Part shown: piece by piece, positions 27,159 through 39,100 of the stretch | Layout of the letters: the number at the start of each line of letters is the position of its first letter | Position numbering within the stretch: the first letter of the stretch is position 1 | Assembly: GCF_964355755.1 (NCBI RefSeq) | Contig: NC_092676.1 | Location: forward strand, 4,751,888-4,815,887 | Length of the DNA stretch: 64,000 nt | Origin: Antedon mediterranea | Taxonomy: Eukaryota; Animalia; Echinodermata | Direction of reading: 5' to 3' | Program-made: the position numbers and the translations under genes | Notes under the pieces: generated by a model | The model's input: the letters and a program-made list of their open reading frames with translations, nothing else | Database searches by the model: none | Told to the model about the DNA's origin: nothing

Positions 27159-28771
27159 GAGAGACGCTTTTGCCTGGAAACCAACCCACACCTCATAATT
27201 TACATTACAATACATGCGGTATATCGTTGAATCTGAAATTTCTCCGGTCTTTATTTTTCTAGGGTAATCAATAGTAGTAGTAACCTATTTGATTTGACGC
27301 ACAGCCGTAAAATTTAAACAAAGATATTCAGTGTCTCATTTATCCGTAGTAATAATAACAATCAGATCACTCGTTTTAGAATCAATCTATAACAATTAGT
27401 GAGCGATTTAGAGTCTTAGACCTAATGTATTCACTATTTCAAGAGTTCACCCAAGGACAACTTGACACTGTAGCTTAATAAAATCAATCCTTTTCGAATA
27501 ATATTCATTTTAATGCATTGTTACTAATGGAAACGGTAATAAATCGACTGGTCCCGAAGGATTTTGTTGCAGCAGCGAAACAGGGAGAGGAATGAATCGG
27601 GTCGATTGTAAAAACCTGTTGAGCTGGTTTAGTCGTTCTTACAGTGTTCTCAAATTTGATTGCGTGTCATGAGTAGTTCTCTATTGTGATCAGTATAGTA
27701 AATCTATATGGTTGCAGAGTAGCGCAAATAGTCAACGTTGTATTTTATTTACTAGTATTTTAACACGTTTACGAAGATGTTCGTGTATGGATTATATTTG
27801 ATTGGCTTATTTGAATACGGGGCAGCGGTACGTGAGGAATACTGTTTGTTTCCATGTTTGTATACCGTGGCCTAACAGGCTACGACATGTTTCTATGGAT
27901 AAGTCAAACACAAACTTCGTTAAAATTGTTTGAGTCGACTTTACATTCTTAAATCAAAGGGTGTATGTACGCTGGGATTAACTGTACAACGAACCTCCAC
28001 CAACCTACTGGACTTACAGATTACCACCCTCAAGAATTCAGTTTTTGAGTAAATCGTTTCAGTTCATCGTACTATTAATTTCTAGGCCTACATCTGCTGT
28101 ATAAATCAACTGGATCTTCAGTCTGTTACATGTGACGACTAACTGATTTAAATTATATCACGATTTTAAATTCAACTTTGGTGAACAATTTAATTAAACC
28201 GTCTCCGGAGATAGATTGCAAATTTGTGACAAGCTTCAGTTGAGCCGCCATCAAATTATTGTTGCTATAATTCACGTTGTTCAGCTCTAACGAACATTTT
28301 GCCTAAGAACTTCGTGATATGCTGCGAATAAAATCATTGACTGTTGCAACAATGCAAGTTATCGATTAAAGAAAACGCATTTTCCATTTGGCTTTAAGGA
28401 TTATTTTTCATATGATTTCTATATTTTGATCTTGAACGTAGAGGCTTTTATTACAGTACTGCTTCGACATTGTTAGATCAACTTTACTTAAAGCATCGAT
28501 TTGATCTGTGGAAGAGGAAGTTGAATATAGAAAAGATATAACGTCGGTGCCATATTAGGAAAGATGACGCGGCCGATTCCCATATTAAGAGAGAGGAGCG
28601 TCACATGTTTCCCCCTATACTCTCTGTTTAATTTTGTTGTGCTTCACTGACGAGGCCTTTTTATATTTTAAATTGTAACATTTTGCTGCTATCATACTAC
28701 AAGGAACTTTAAACTTACGGTAAAGAAGCGTTCCGGGTTACTGTTCTTCATATATTTTGAATATTTTAAAC

Positions 28772-29205
28772 ATGTCTAGATTACGCGAAAGAAGGGGAGC
28801 GATAAAATCTCCCGGGATGAGTGGGTATGAACTCAACTTTAACTACATCCAAAACATTCGCGAAGTAGTCTACCCGACTTTACCAATAACCCTGGATGAG
28901 ATATACGATCGAGCAGCAAAGTACACTGATAAACCAATGGCTAGGCCTTTAATATCCGAAGAAGATGACGATGAGGATGACGATGTAGGCCCATTATTGA
29001 TGCGACAATCGAGACGGGGTAGCGATAGGAGGCAATCGGTTATACCGGGCCAGGATGAAAGACGTGGGTACGGTTTATTACCTGGTCAAGAAAGACGCAG
29101 AGGAACAATTGGTTATGCACCCGATCGTCGAACCTCAATGGCAAATGCTAATTCAGAAGTTCGGCGGAGTTCGGCTTTCCCGAGTTTATCCGGACACTCA
29201 GAAGA
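28772..29205 (+). CDS. Coding exon with RRxS repeats (MSRLRERRGAIKSPG...HSE), candidate ADGB N-terminal exon
   Basis: 434 nt open and GC-rich. Starts at ATG 28772 or at acceptor tctag|A 28780 (phase 2). Ends GA|gtaagt in phase 2. Confidence 0.6.
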
Positions 29206-30114
29206 GTAAGTTTAGTGGCACGAACTATGATATTACAATTTACTTTCAATAGCCTACTATAATACATGTAGACCTATATAACTACAATTATCACATATGA
29301 AAATTAAACAAATAAAACAAACTATTTTTGTCAAATTGAATTGTCTAGGCCTATCCTATAAAAATAGTATTTTTAAATCCACCTTATTTTGTCAATTTGT
29401 AGGCTCCTATACCATATAAAACTGTTTTCATCATAGAATTTATGTTATAATATTCATGGTAGACCTACATATATTAATATACTAAAACAGTTTACAACAT
29501 AATATTATGATATAGGCTAATTTTACATTTAGATTATAACAAATATATATAATTTCGTTTTTTCAGTTGCGTTTTAAAAATCTTCAAAAAATTCAGTTCG
29601 GAAAATAATTCCGGATTGAATGTAATCATCTCCAGCGAATGTGTTATATAGGCCTACACTAATGATTGAATAGTCTGTTATATTCTTTAATACTAAAATA
29701 GTAGGCCTAATAATAATTTGTAGTTAATTTTAAAATTCGCGCGTAAAACACTGAACCAATAATAGGCCTACCGTCATGATTCCATTGGCTAAGTTGACGC
29801 CGTGACTTTTCTGTTGGTAGGCCTATAAACAATTATGCCGTTTTTTGGTAGGCCTATGGGTTTCATTCCTCCTCATATCTAAAAATAAGATTGAAAATCA
29901 AAAAGGGGCCGAAATTTAACAAATTTTAGGAATATACGTACGAAAAAAAAATGTCAATTAATCTACCGCCCTCTGTAGTTCATGAACTTTCAACTCGGTA
30001 CCTAACGACAGCGTTGTAGCCAAGAACGCTATTAATAATTGTTTGTTTTCTTGGTTAAAAAAAACATATTTTTTATACAAATAACAACTTTAAACTCATG
30101 GTGTCAATTGAAAT

Positions 30115-33100
30115 ATGTCATCAAAGCAAGCTAAAGAGAAAAAATCATCAAATCGCGTGAATTCAGCTTCAAATAATAAGGAGTAAGTTTCCTACTAAGT
30201 CTTGATTGATGATGATTGATCTTTCTTTATTTTATACAATCACAGCACGGAATGGCTGGCCAGCCAACCCAGTCTGGCTACTGGATTAAGCCTAGGCTCA
30301 GGCCTAGGCTATACTCTGTAGTAGACCTAGAGAAAAGCTCCTATTTTTATTATTGCGTAGGTTACTTTGCAGTTATATGTCATGATGGGTATGCAAACAC
30401 TTTTCAATTTCATATTATTTGTTAATTTTAACCGGGTTATTAATTTACAAAAATGTAGGCTATTCACCATCTGCATTTCATAATTAATATTATTATTATT
30501 ATTTTAAAATTAAGACGACTTTTACTCTCGCCATCCATAATTAATTGCCTAGGCCAGGTCAAGAGAAATGTTAGTTTGAGGAGGGGGCGTCAATTACAGG
30601 ACAGTGTGCAAAACATCATATTCTGGTAGCCTCTTGTGAGTACGATAATTGTACTGAGTACTTTTGTTATAGTTTATACAGTAGTACTGTAGTAGCCATT
30701 CTTATTGTTTGAAGCCCTAATTGACAAACAAATTAATTCACTGTAAACAGGGAGGTATTTTATACCTCCCACCTGTAAAGTATACTACTACAGTCTCTCT
30801 TAAAACGCTAATCGTCGTTAGACATTGCGCGTCTCACTTGTGTTCGCCACTCAGTACGTTTTTGAGCAAGCATGTTTATAGGTCCGCGTGTGAAAAGTTC
30901 TGTTTCCTTTTTTATGTTTGCCATCCATGTTGTTTTTGGTCTTTCTCTGAGCCTCTCCGAGTGCGATCTTAGCTGGTGTGTTTTCATTTAAACGGTGCAG
31001 GTGAACGTTCTTACTCCACTCAATTTCTCCTGTTCTTTTGTACAAATCTTCATTTTTTATGTTCTCCGGCCACCTTATACCTATTATTCTCTTTAGGAAT
31101 TTTCTTTGAAAGACATCTATTTCGCTTTTTAGTGATGCTGTCATTGTCCACAGTTCACAATTATACAGAAAGATGCTTGTAATGTATACGTTGAAGACTC
31201 TCATTTTCAGGTTTATTGTTATTTTTCTATTTTGGAGAGTATGTGATTTATCTTGCTGAAAGCTGCTAATGCGAGACATTTTCTGTTATTAACTACTACT
31301 ACTACAGTACACCACCATAAAACATAATTATTAATACTGCAGTAAGAATAAGAGAAAAATGACTACTACTGTGTTGAGATTTCAAAGAGTAAACAATAAC
31401 ATAATTGTATCAAAACTTTCTTTCCTAGATTGTTCAAACAATTTGTTATTAAAACGACCTAATTTATAGGTCCATGATTAGACAATCAAATAGGTCATTA
31501 TGAATATTAATATTAACCTTTAGTAGTTTGCAGCTTCTAGTCTACTGTACTATGTGTCAAAGTCTAAATTCCATTTATTCAAGTGTGAATAATTGCTGTT
31601 TTACTGTCTGTATTATCAGGAACATAATATTTCGCCGGTGTTTCCTCAACCAATTGTTAAACAAATTTTGTAGACATATTGCTCAATCACGCGAAAAATA
31701 TTTGTGCTTTTGTTGAACACTATGTCTAAAGAATCAACCCAGAGAGTAAGGTTTTTCTTGTTTGATGAAACAGCGTTACAATCTATATCAGAACTTAGCG
31801 AATCGTCAAATCAAACGGGTCAAAGGCCTAGGAGTCCACGACCACGGAGTCCACGACCACGGAGTCCACTAAGTCCAACAAAGAGGTATGTACTTACTGT
31901 CGTTTTCACAGTACAGTTAGCTTAAGTCTGAGTTACTGTATAATTCTATCTACTGTAGACCACGTCCTAAACCCCAGGAGTTGAATCTATTAAAGTTGCT
32001 TACCCAAAAAATGATCTTTGCTTTGAATTAAGTCAGATTTATTAATGATTGTAAGACTATGATCAACAGCACACAGACTATCCCTTATTCTTTTTGTGTA
32101 CAGTCCTAAAGATCTTTGTAGTACACATTTGAAATGTATGTGCACAGGACCTATGGCTTAACATCTCATCCGAAGGACAAGGTAATAAGATTAAAGCATG
32201 ATTAAAGTACTGTATCTTGCCTTATGGATACAAGGAAGCAACACAAGCGGTTCTCAAACCTATGCCTCTCTTACATGCTAGTCGGACATCCATACCATTC
32301 CGCCATATCTTTTGGGATATTTTAATCATTGGAACTAACAATTACATTGTTATTTAATACTGTATCTTTTTAGACCTTTAGAATAAATAAATATTTTGGC
32401 AATACAATAGTAATGTGTACTCAACAATAAGGAAATATATTTGATTGTAATTTTTTACTAGTTTATTAAACAGAGTATTTTTATTTTACTTTCATTTCTT
32501 GCTTTTGATGCCTTTATTTGACAACAAAATGTGATGTGCCCATAAATGGATATGGTGAGGTCATATCACTACCAATCCTATATTTGGGCATATCACTACT
32601 ATATTTGGCCACATAACACTTTTTTTGTCTAACTAATTAGTCTATTAATAAGAATAACTTTATTTACCGTAGTTGGAATATGTTAAATTTGAGGATTGGA
32701 AGGTTTTTAGAAAATGTGTTACCTTTTTATTTTTTATTTAATAGTAAATTTGAAATTTTTTCCCCTTAAGAATCAGCTTTTACCATCAACCACTGCTTTA
32801 AAAAAAAAAGTACTGTACATTAAAATGTACAAACCATTGACAGACTATAGAGGGCAGTTTTGTTATTATTTGGTATCTAGGGTCCATGATGAATATTCAT
32901 GAGTTATCTAGGTGTGTAGTTATTCCATGGTTCGTTGAACATTGACAATTTGTGAACAGTCTGTGTATGAACAAAGCTCATACAGTCTGTTTACTCTTTG
33001 TTGTTCAATACTAATATGTTACAATTTTGTTTATAGAACATTTCTAAAAAATGTTTAAAGAAATGTATTATTTTATTTCCTACAATTTAATTTATTGTGA

Positions 33101-36100
33101 CATTCTCCAACTCAAAATTGACCTGGGATGACCATGTCCATGCCATTGTTTCCAAAGCTAAAGGTATGTTGGGCTTTGTTTGGAGTGTGGCTGGACATGC
33201 TTCGACCAGTGCATTTTGTCTTTGTACAAAAGTCTTGTTTTGCCTGGTCTGGAGTATGCGCAACCTGCTTGGTTTCCATGGACGAAGTCTTTGTCAGATC
33301 AGCTTGAGGGGGTCCATAGGAGAGCAACTCGTCTTGCTCTCAAACAGCATCGTGGACAGATGTGCTTTGAGAAGAGGTTGAATTTGCTTTCAGTTTCATC
33401 TTTTTCTTTTAGAAGAGATAAATTTCTTATTATATTTTGTTTTAAGGTTCTGGTGGGGTTTCTGGACTGCAGCACAGTTCATAACTGTATTTTAATAAAT
33501 ACTCGTCACAATGATCGCTTGTGCTTCAGACATCAAGCATCAAGGAGACAGGCTTTTTTCCATTCTATAGCAATCAGGTTACCCCGTGTCTGGGACCAGC
33601 TTCCCAGACCGTTGACAGATGCTGCAGGTCCTAGAAAGCCCATCAGCCTTCATTAGAAAAGTTCATATTCATTTTGATTCGCTGTAACTGTATTTTGTCT
33701 TTACCTCTTTTATGTGTAAACTGACTTTGGGGTTGGGTCAACCGGCTCAGCTACAGTGATTAAGTTCACTTAGGTTGACCCACCTGGTCTCCCCAATTTC
33801 AGTTCTTTTTGTTTTGTATATACTTAAATAGACCAAATAAATAATGAAATGAAATGAAATGAATTTAAAAGGGATTAATAATTTAATAATTAATAATTTT
33901 AATGTCCTCCAGTCAAGTCTCTGAATTGGGACTCTCAAACTCAGCCACCTTCTGCTCTATAGGATGTTTGCGAAGTAGTTGTTTTACTTATTTTGACTTT
34001 ATAGTGTCTTGTGCATATGAGAACTTGCTAAGCATCTGACCAATTGGCAAGTCTCCTTTCACAGTAGTTTCAAAACCATATACTCTAGTGGTGGTGAAAT
34101 TAAGTAAATACATTTGATTTTATGGTATTGAAATAGATTGGAAAAATACCATTGATCCATGTAATATAGGTCAGTTATTCCATATTTGGTATGATTATGT
34201 TTGTCATTATCATTAAATCTTTGATTCATTTGATTAAGAACTGTAAAACTGAGATACCCTATCCATCAGACAATTGTGTGACCATTAGCCTCTCTGACGT
34301 TACTACGCTTAATAGAGAAAGTGTAAATATCATTGGATGGTACCGGTACTATTAAACAGATTTTTCCTTTGATTATTCCAAACAACCTCATTCGTCAGGT
34401 TGTATGACCTGTACAACTGTTCATTTCAGTTCTACAAGTCTCAATATTCAGTATAAAGAAAATTTTTCACCCTGATGCTACAGATAACAGTTTTTTTATT
34501 TGTGAAATAGAGCTCTTTTTGATACTGTACCTGTCTATTGTTCTAAGGTATTGCATCCAATTGATTTTTATCTGTTTGTCCTGGATTCCTATTTATTATC
34601 ATTCATGTGTTATTGATTTCTGCTAGACGTTTATTGAATGGATGAATGAAGCGTCTTACTCTTCTTGTTTTCAAGTGTCTACTGTACATTCACTTAACAT
34701 AATTGCTTAGAACTGACAAGCATACTGTATATAAGAACACATGTACTTCGACCACCATTGAACACTATCTTATATGAAGTAATGTGGCATCTGTATTTTT
34801 ACTTGGTGGATATTTATTGAATGGACCAACTGTAACTGTAATTCATCCTTCAAATGTTGGTTTAGTCCTTAAACATTTCCGCAGCAATTTGAAGTCTGTA
34901 TTCTTACCTCAACTTAGACATTTTTGAATGGACTGTTTCTTTAATGTTCATGGCTAGAAGCGACAAGATTCTGAAAACATTTTCGCAGCAATTTGAAGTC
35001 TGTATTCTTACCTCATCTTAGACATTTTTGAATGGACTGTTTCTTTAATGTTCATGGCTAGAAGCGACAAGATTGCGAAAACATTTTCGCAGCAATTTGA
35101 AGTCTGTATTCTTACCTCATCTTAGACATTTTTGAATGGACTGTTTCTTTAATGTTCATGGCTAGAAGCGACAAGATTGCGAAAACATTTTCGCAGCAAT
35201 TTGAAGTCTGTATTCTTACCTCAACTTAGACATTTTTGAATGGACTGTTTCTTTAATGTTCATGGCTAGAAGCGACAAGATTCTGAAAACATTTTCGCAG
35301 CAATTTGAAGTCTGTATTCTTACCTCATCTTAGACATTTTTGAATGGACTATTTCTTTAATGTTCATGGCTAGAAGCGACCAGATTCCTAAAACATTTCC
35401 GCAGCTCAGCAATTTAGAGTCTGTATTCTTTCTTACCTTAAAGTGATAGATATTTATTGAATGACCTGTCAAGACCGGCAGCTTTTTTTTTTGCTTACAA
35501 GTGTCTTCTGTACATACTGTAATTCATGCCTAGAAGCGACATGCACTCATGAACAGGTTTTTGCAATGTGGAAAATGTATATTTAATAAACTTTAGCAGT
35601 CATAATTTATGGACCTTGATTGCAACAGCAACACTTGTATCGTTATATCGCTGTAACAGTTTAGTTGTATAGATGTTCCTAAAGGATTAGTTTGAAAAGA
35701 AAGAAAAGAGTTGCAGATAAAGAAATACCACATTAATAGAAATTGAGTACAGTAGGATCATAGAAGAAAAGTTGGAACATAACAATTCTGTATACAGACT
35801 GAATGGTTGTTTCAGATAACAAGAACTTTTGTGGATACTTCAATTCTGTGAGAATAGAAATCATATCAGTCATGTCTGTTATTCCCTTGAACATTTTCAA
35901 CTTTTTCTGAATGGTACTGCAGATAAAAACTTTGTTTGCTCCACTTCAAGAAGATTGTTTTGTTCCTCTGTAAACTAAATGCAGTAATGTATGGTATAGT
36001 CATCTTATAAAAACAGCTATCTTGAAGAATTTGAAGAGATTTTAAAACTATAAAAATAATGAGAAGATTGTCTCCAAGACCGCCAACAACAGGAAGACAA

Positions 36101-39100
36101 AGCCGTACTGGTTCTGGCAAGACATTGTCATTGAAATCGCTGTGGAGGTAGAGTTTTCTTCAAAGTCTCCAAACATAATTCCCATAGAATTTGTAATAGT
36201 GTACTGTAATAGCATAGAGAAAGAAATAGGTTCTCCAAAGTGATTAATTCACTAGAATTAAGCTCTGTCTACACTATCAAACTAGTTTGACAAATAAGTG
36301 TGGTGTGCCCAAATATGGTAGTGATATACCCAAATATGGCAGTGATGTGCCCAAATATGGTAGTGGTATGACATTATGTCCATATATGGGCACATTACAT
36401 TTTTTGTCACATACCGTAAAGTTTGATTGTGTAGACAAGGCTTTAGTTTCCAGAACCACCTTATAGAATATGTGTGGGGACTGTAACATCATGGATGAAT
36501 TAAGCTCGGTCTACTGTATGCTATCAAACCAATGGACATGATGATGTCATATCACTACCATATTTGGGCAAACTAGTAGACCGAGATTAAGAGACTAATA
36601 GTCTGCATTTGGATTTTTGCAGTTTTTTGTTGAAATTTATATCTGGTTGAATCAATAATTATTAGAAAGATAATAAACTTTGACCCTGAAAAATATACTT
36701 GAAAACATGCACCACAATAGAACAAGGCTGCTGATTGCTGAATGTTTTTAAAAGCATTTCACAAATAAGATGTTGTTTTAGCTCCTTAGCCTGCAATCGG
36801 CTCAATTACTACAATACTAAAGAACCAGTTTTGTAACAATGAAGATTAAATCAGCACTAATTGTATTTTCTCACTCATATTTGCTTTTCTTGTGAAGCAA
36901 GGCCAAATAATAAAATAAATGTTGCTCATGGTGATGTAAATAATGATGAAAAAATTCTGTATTTGCACATTTGTTTGTAAGGTGATTTTGATGAGCTCAT
37001 TCGACATTTAGTGGTGCTAGCAGCTGGTCTGATCATTATTAGTTTCTTCACATATCTGTAGTGATTTTAACACATTTTCCGTACTGTATGTAGTTGCAGT
37101 AAAGTATGCCAATATCTTTCAAAGCAAGCGTTCTCAAAGTAAAGTTGTAAGTTGTTTGTAAACTTGTTAATAGTTTGGTTCTGCTCTTACTTGTACTGTA
37201 GGTGATCATTTTTTTAACAACTTACTTTGACACTTTTTGCTTTGAAACTGACTGGTCTTTTCTTTAGCTGACACTGCATGATTGGCAAGATTGTGATTCT
37301 CTTTCAGTGCTGAGTACATTGATGAGTTCTTCAAGACAACCATCTGCTGTACAATAACAGCAAAAGCCTCTGTTAATAATGAATTATGAAACCATTTTTT
37401 TACATAGTATCTGTACAATTTGTTTTAAAGAAAGCTGCTTTCTTTCAACTATCTAAGTTGTATCTTTTGTTTTCTCACTTCAGAGCTGCGTCAATCGCTG
37501 CTAGCCTTGTGGGAGCTCAGGAAGGGAAGAAGCAGAGGATTGTATTATGGCCTGAATTTAACGATGCTGACATTAACACAGAAAGATGGGTAAGCGAAAC
37601 ACATTTATCTAATACAATACATGTATATGGTAAAATAGTAATTGAAACAGCAGTGTATTGTTCCAGTGCTATGAGGTAGCCACTATAAGTTTTTTTTTAA
37701 ATTTAATTTTTAATGTAGGATGCTGCCCACAAGACAAATCAAAAAGATCAGAAGGGGAAGTCTCCTAGTCTGGTAAGCAAGTTTGAAATTAAAGTTATAT
37801 TATTGAAATTAAATTGAAGTGAGCCCTCAATAGTTATTTACAACTTTTCAAACTATTCATGAATAAAATGATGATACAGAACTGTCAAAGTTTAGAGAAG
37901 AAATACTGTAGTATGAATAGATTTATACGTCACATTTAATTGTCTGTTTGTCCTTTAGCATTTCTTTGATGATCCAGATGGACGTATTGATATGCCTCCA
38001 TCGCTACGAAGTAAGGTAGAATGTTGGAAGCGCCCTCATGAGTTTATAACTGACAAAGCCATTGTGGTATATGATGCAGACAACAACAATGACTTTGATT
38101 TGATGTCTAAAAACGAGCACATTCATGATTGTGAAGTAAGTATAAGAGTAAGAATTGTGGTTTGGTGAGAATCACTGATCTTCTATCTTTTGTTTGAATC
38201 GTAGATAAATCATCTCAATTCCCACCAATGCCGTATATGGTAGCACAATGTATGTTTGTCATGTGAGGAATATAGTCACCTATTATTAAGCCCTTGGCAC
38301 TTGTTGTATTTCATCAGCTAATAATGCTATAAATAGATATTTTGGGAGGTTTTTTTGGAATGAAAAGTTTGTTTGAACAATTTATAATAAGAAATACCTG
38401 GACAGTGAGTGAATCATAAAACAACAGCATAATATTAACTTTAAATTAGTTCCAAATTTTTAATAAAATAGAATATATATATTTCATATAATTATTAATA
38501 TAAGATAATATAAGATAATAAATAATAATAAATATGTCTATATATTATTTTTGTTTATATCTATAACATTAAAAATGCATCACATTATTTATTCAAACTA
38601 CAGTACTGTAGTAAGATAACTAACTAACCTTAAACACATTACTGAATGGAGCACCACAACCAAGGGTACTTAGATACATAATTTATGATTGTATTATTTT
38701 AAAGTCTAACATTGCTTTGGTTTCATCAACATTCAATAGATATGTTAACCATAGTTATTTCGGGATTCCTCCGTGTGTATTTATAGCAGAGAGTATAATA
38801 ATAATAATATTAATAATAATAGTTTAATCTTGGACCTATAAATTAGGTTCATAGTATACTATAATGAACCTTTGGACTCAGTTCAGACATTTACGCAAAC
38901 AATAACAGTGTAGTATGACATGTTTATAAACAATAACAATTAAATTAATTAAACTTTTTCATTACTTCTGTATTAAAAGTAATGGCTTAAGAGATTCTTT
39001 GAACCAATGGGCACAACAATGAGCCTAACCAATGAATCAAAAATGATAATTTGGAAAAACCCAAACAATGTTGTGGAATATTTAAAACTGTGGTTAGTGT

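Noticed and set aside
34870-35540. CRISPR-like appearance of regular arrays (also at 14.2, 48.8 and 60.6 kb)
   Set aside because: No unique spacers, no cas genes, and the context is spliceosomal eukaryotic DNA.
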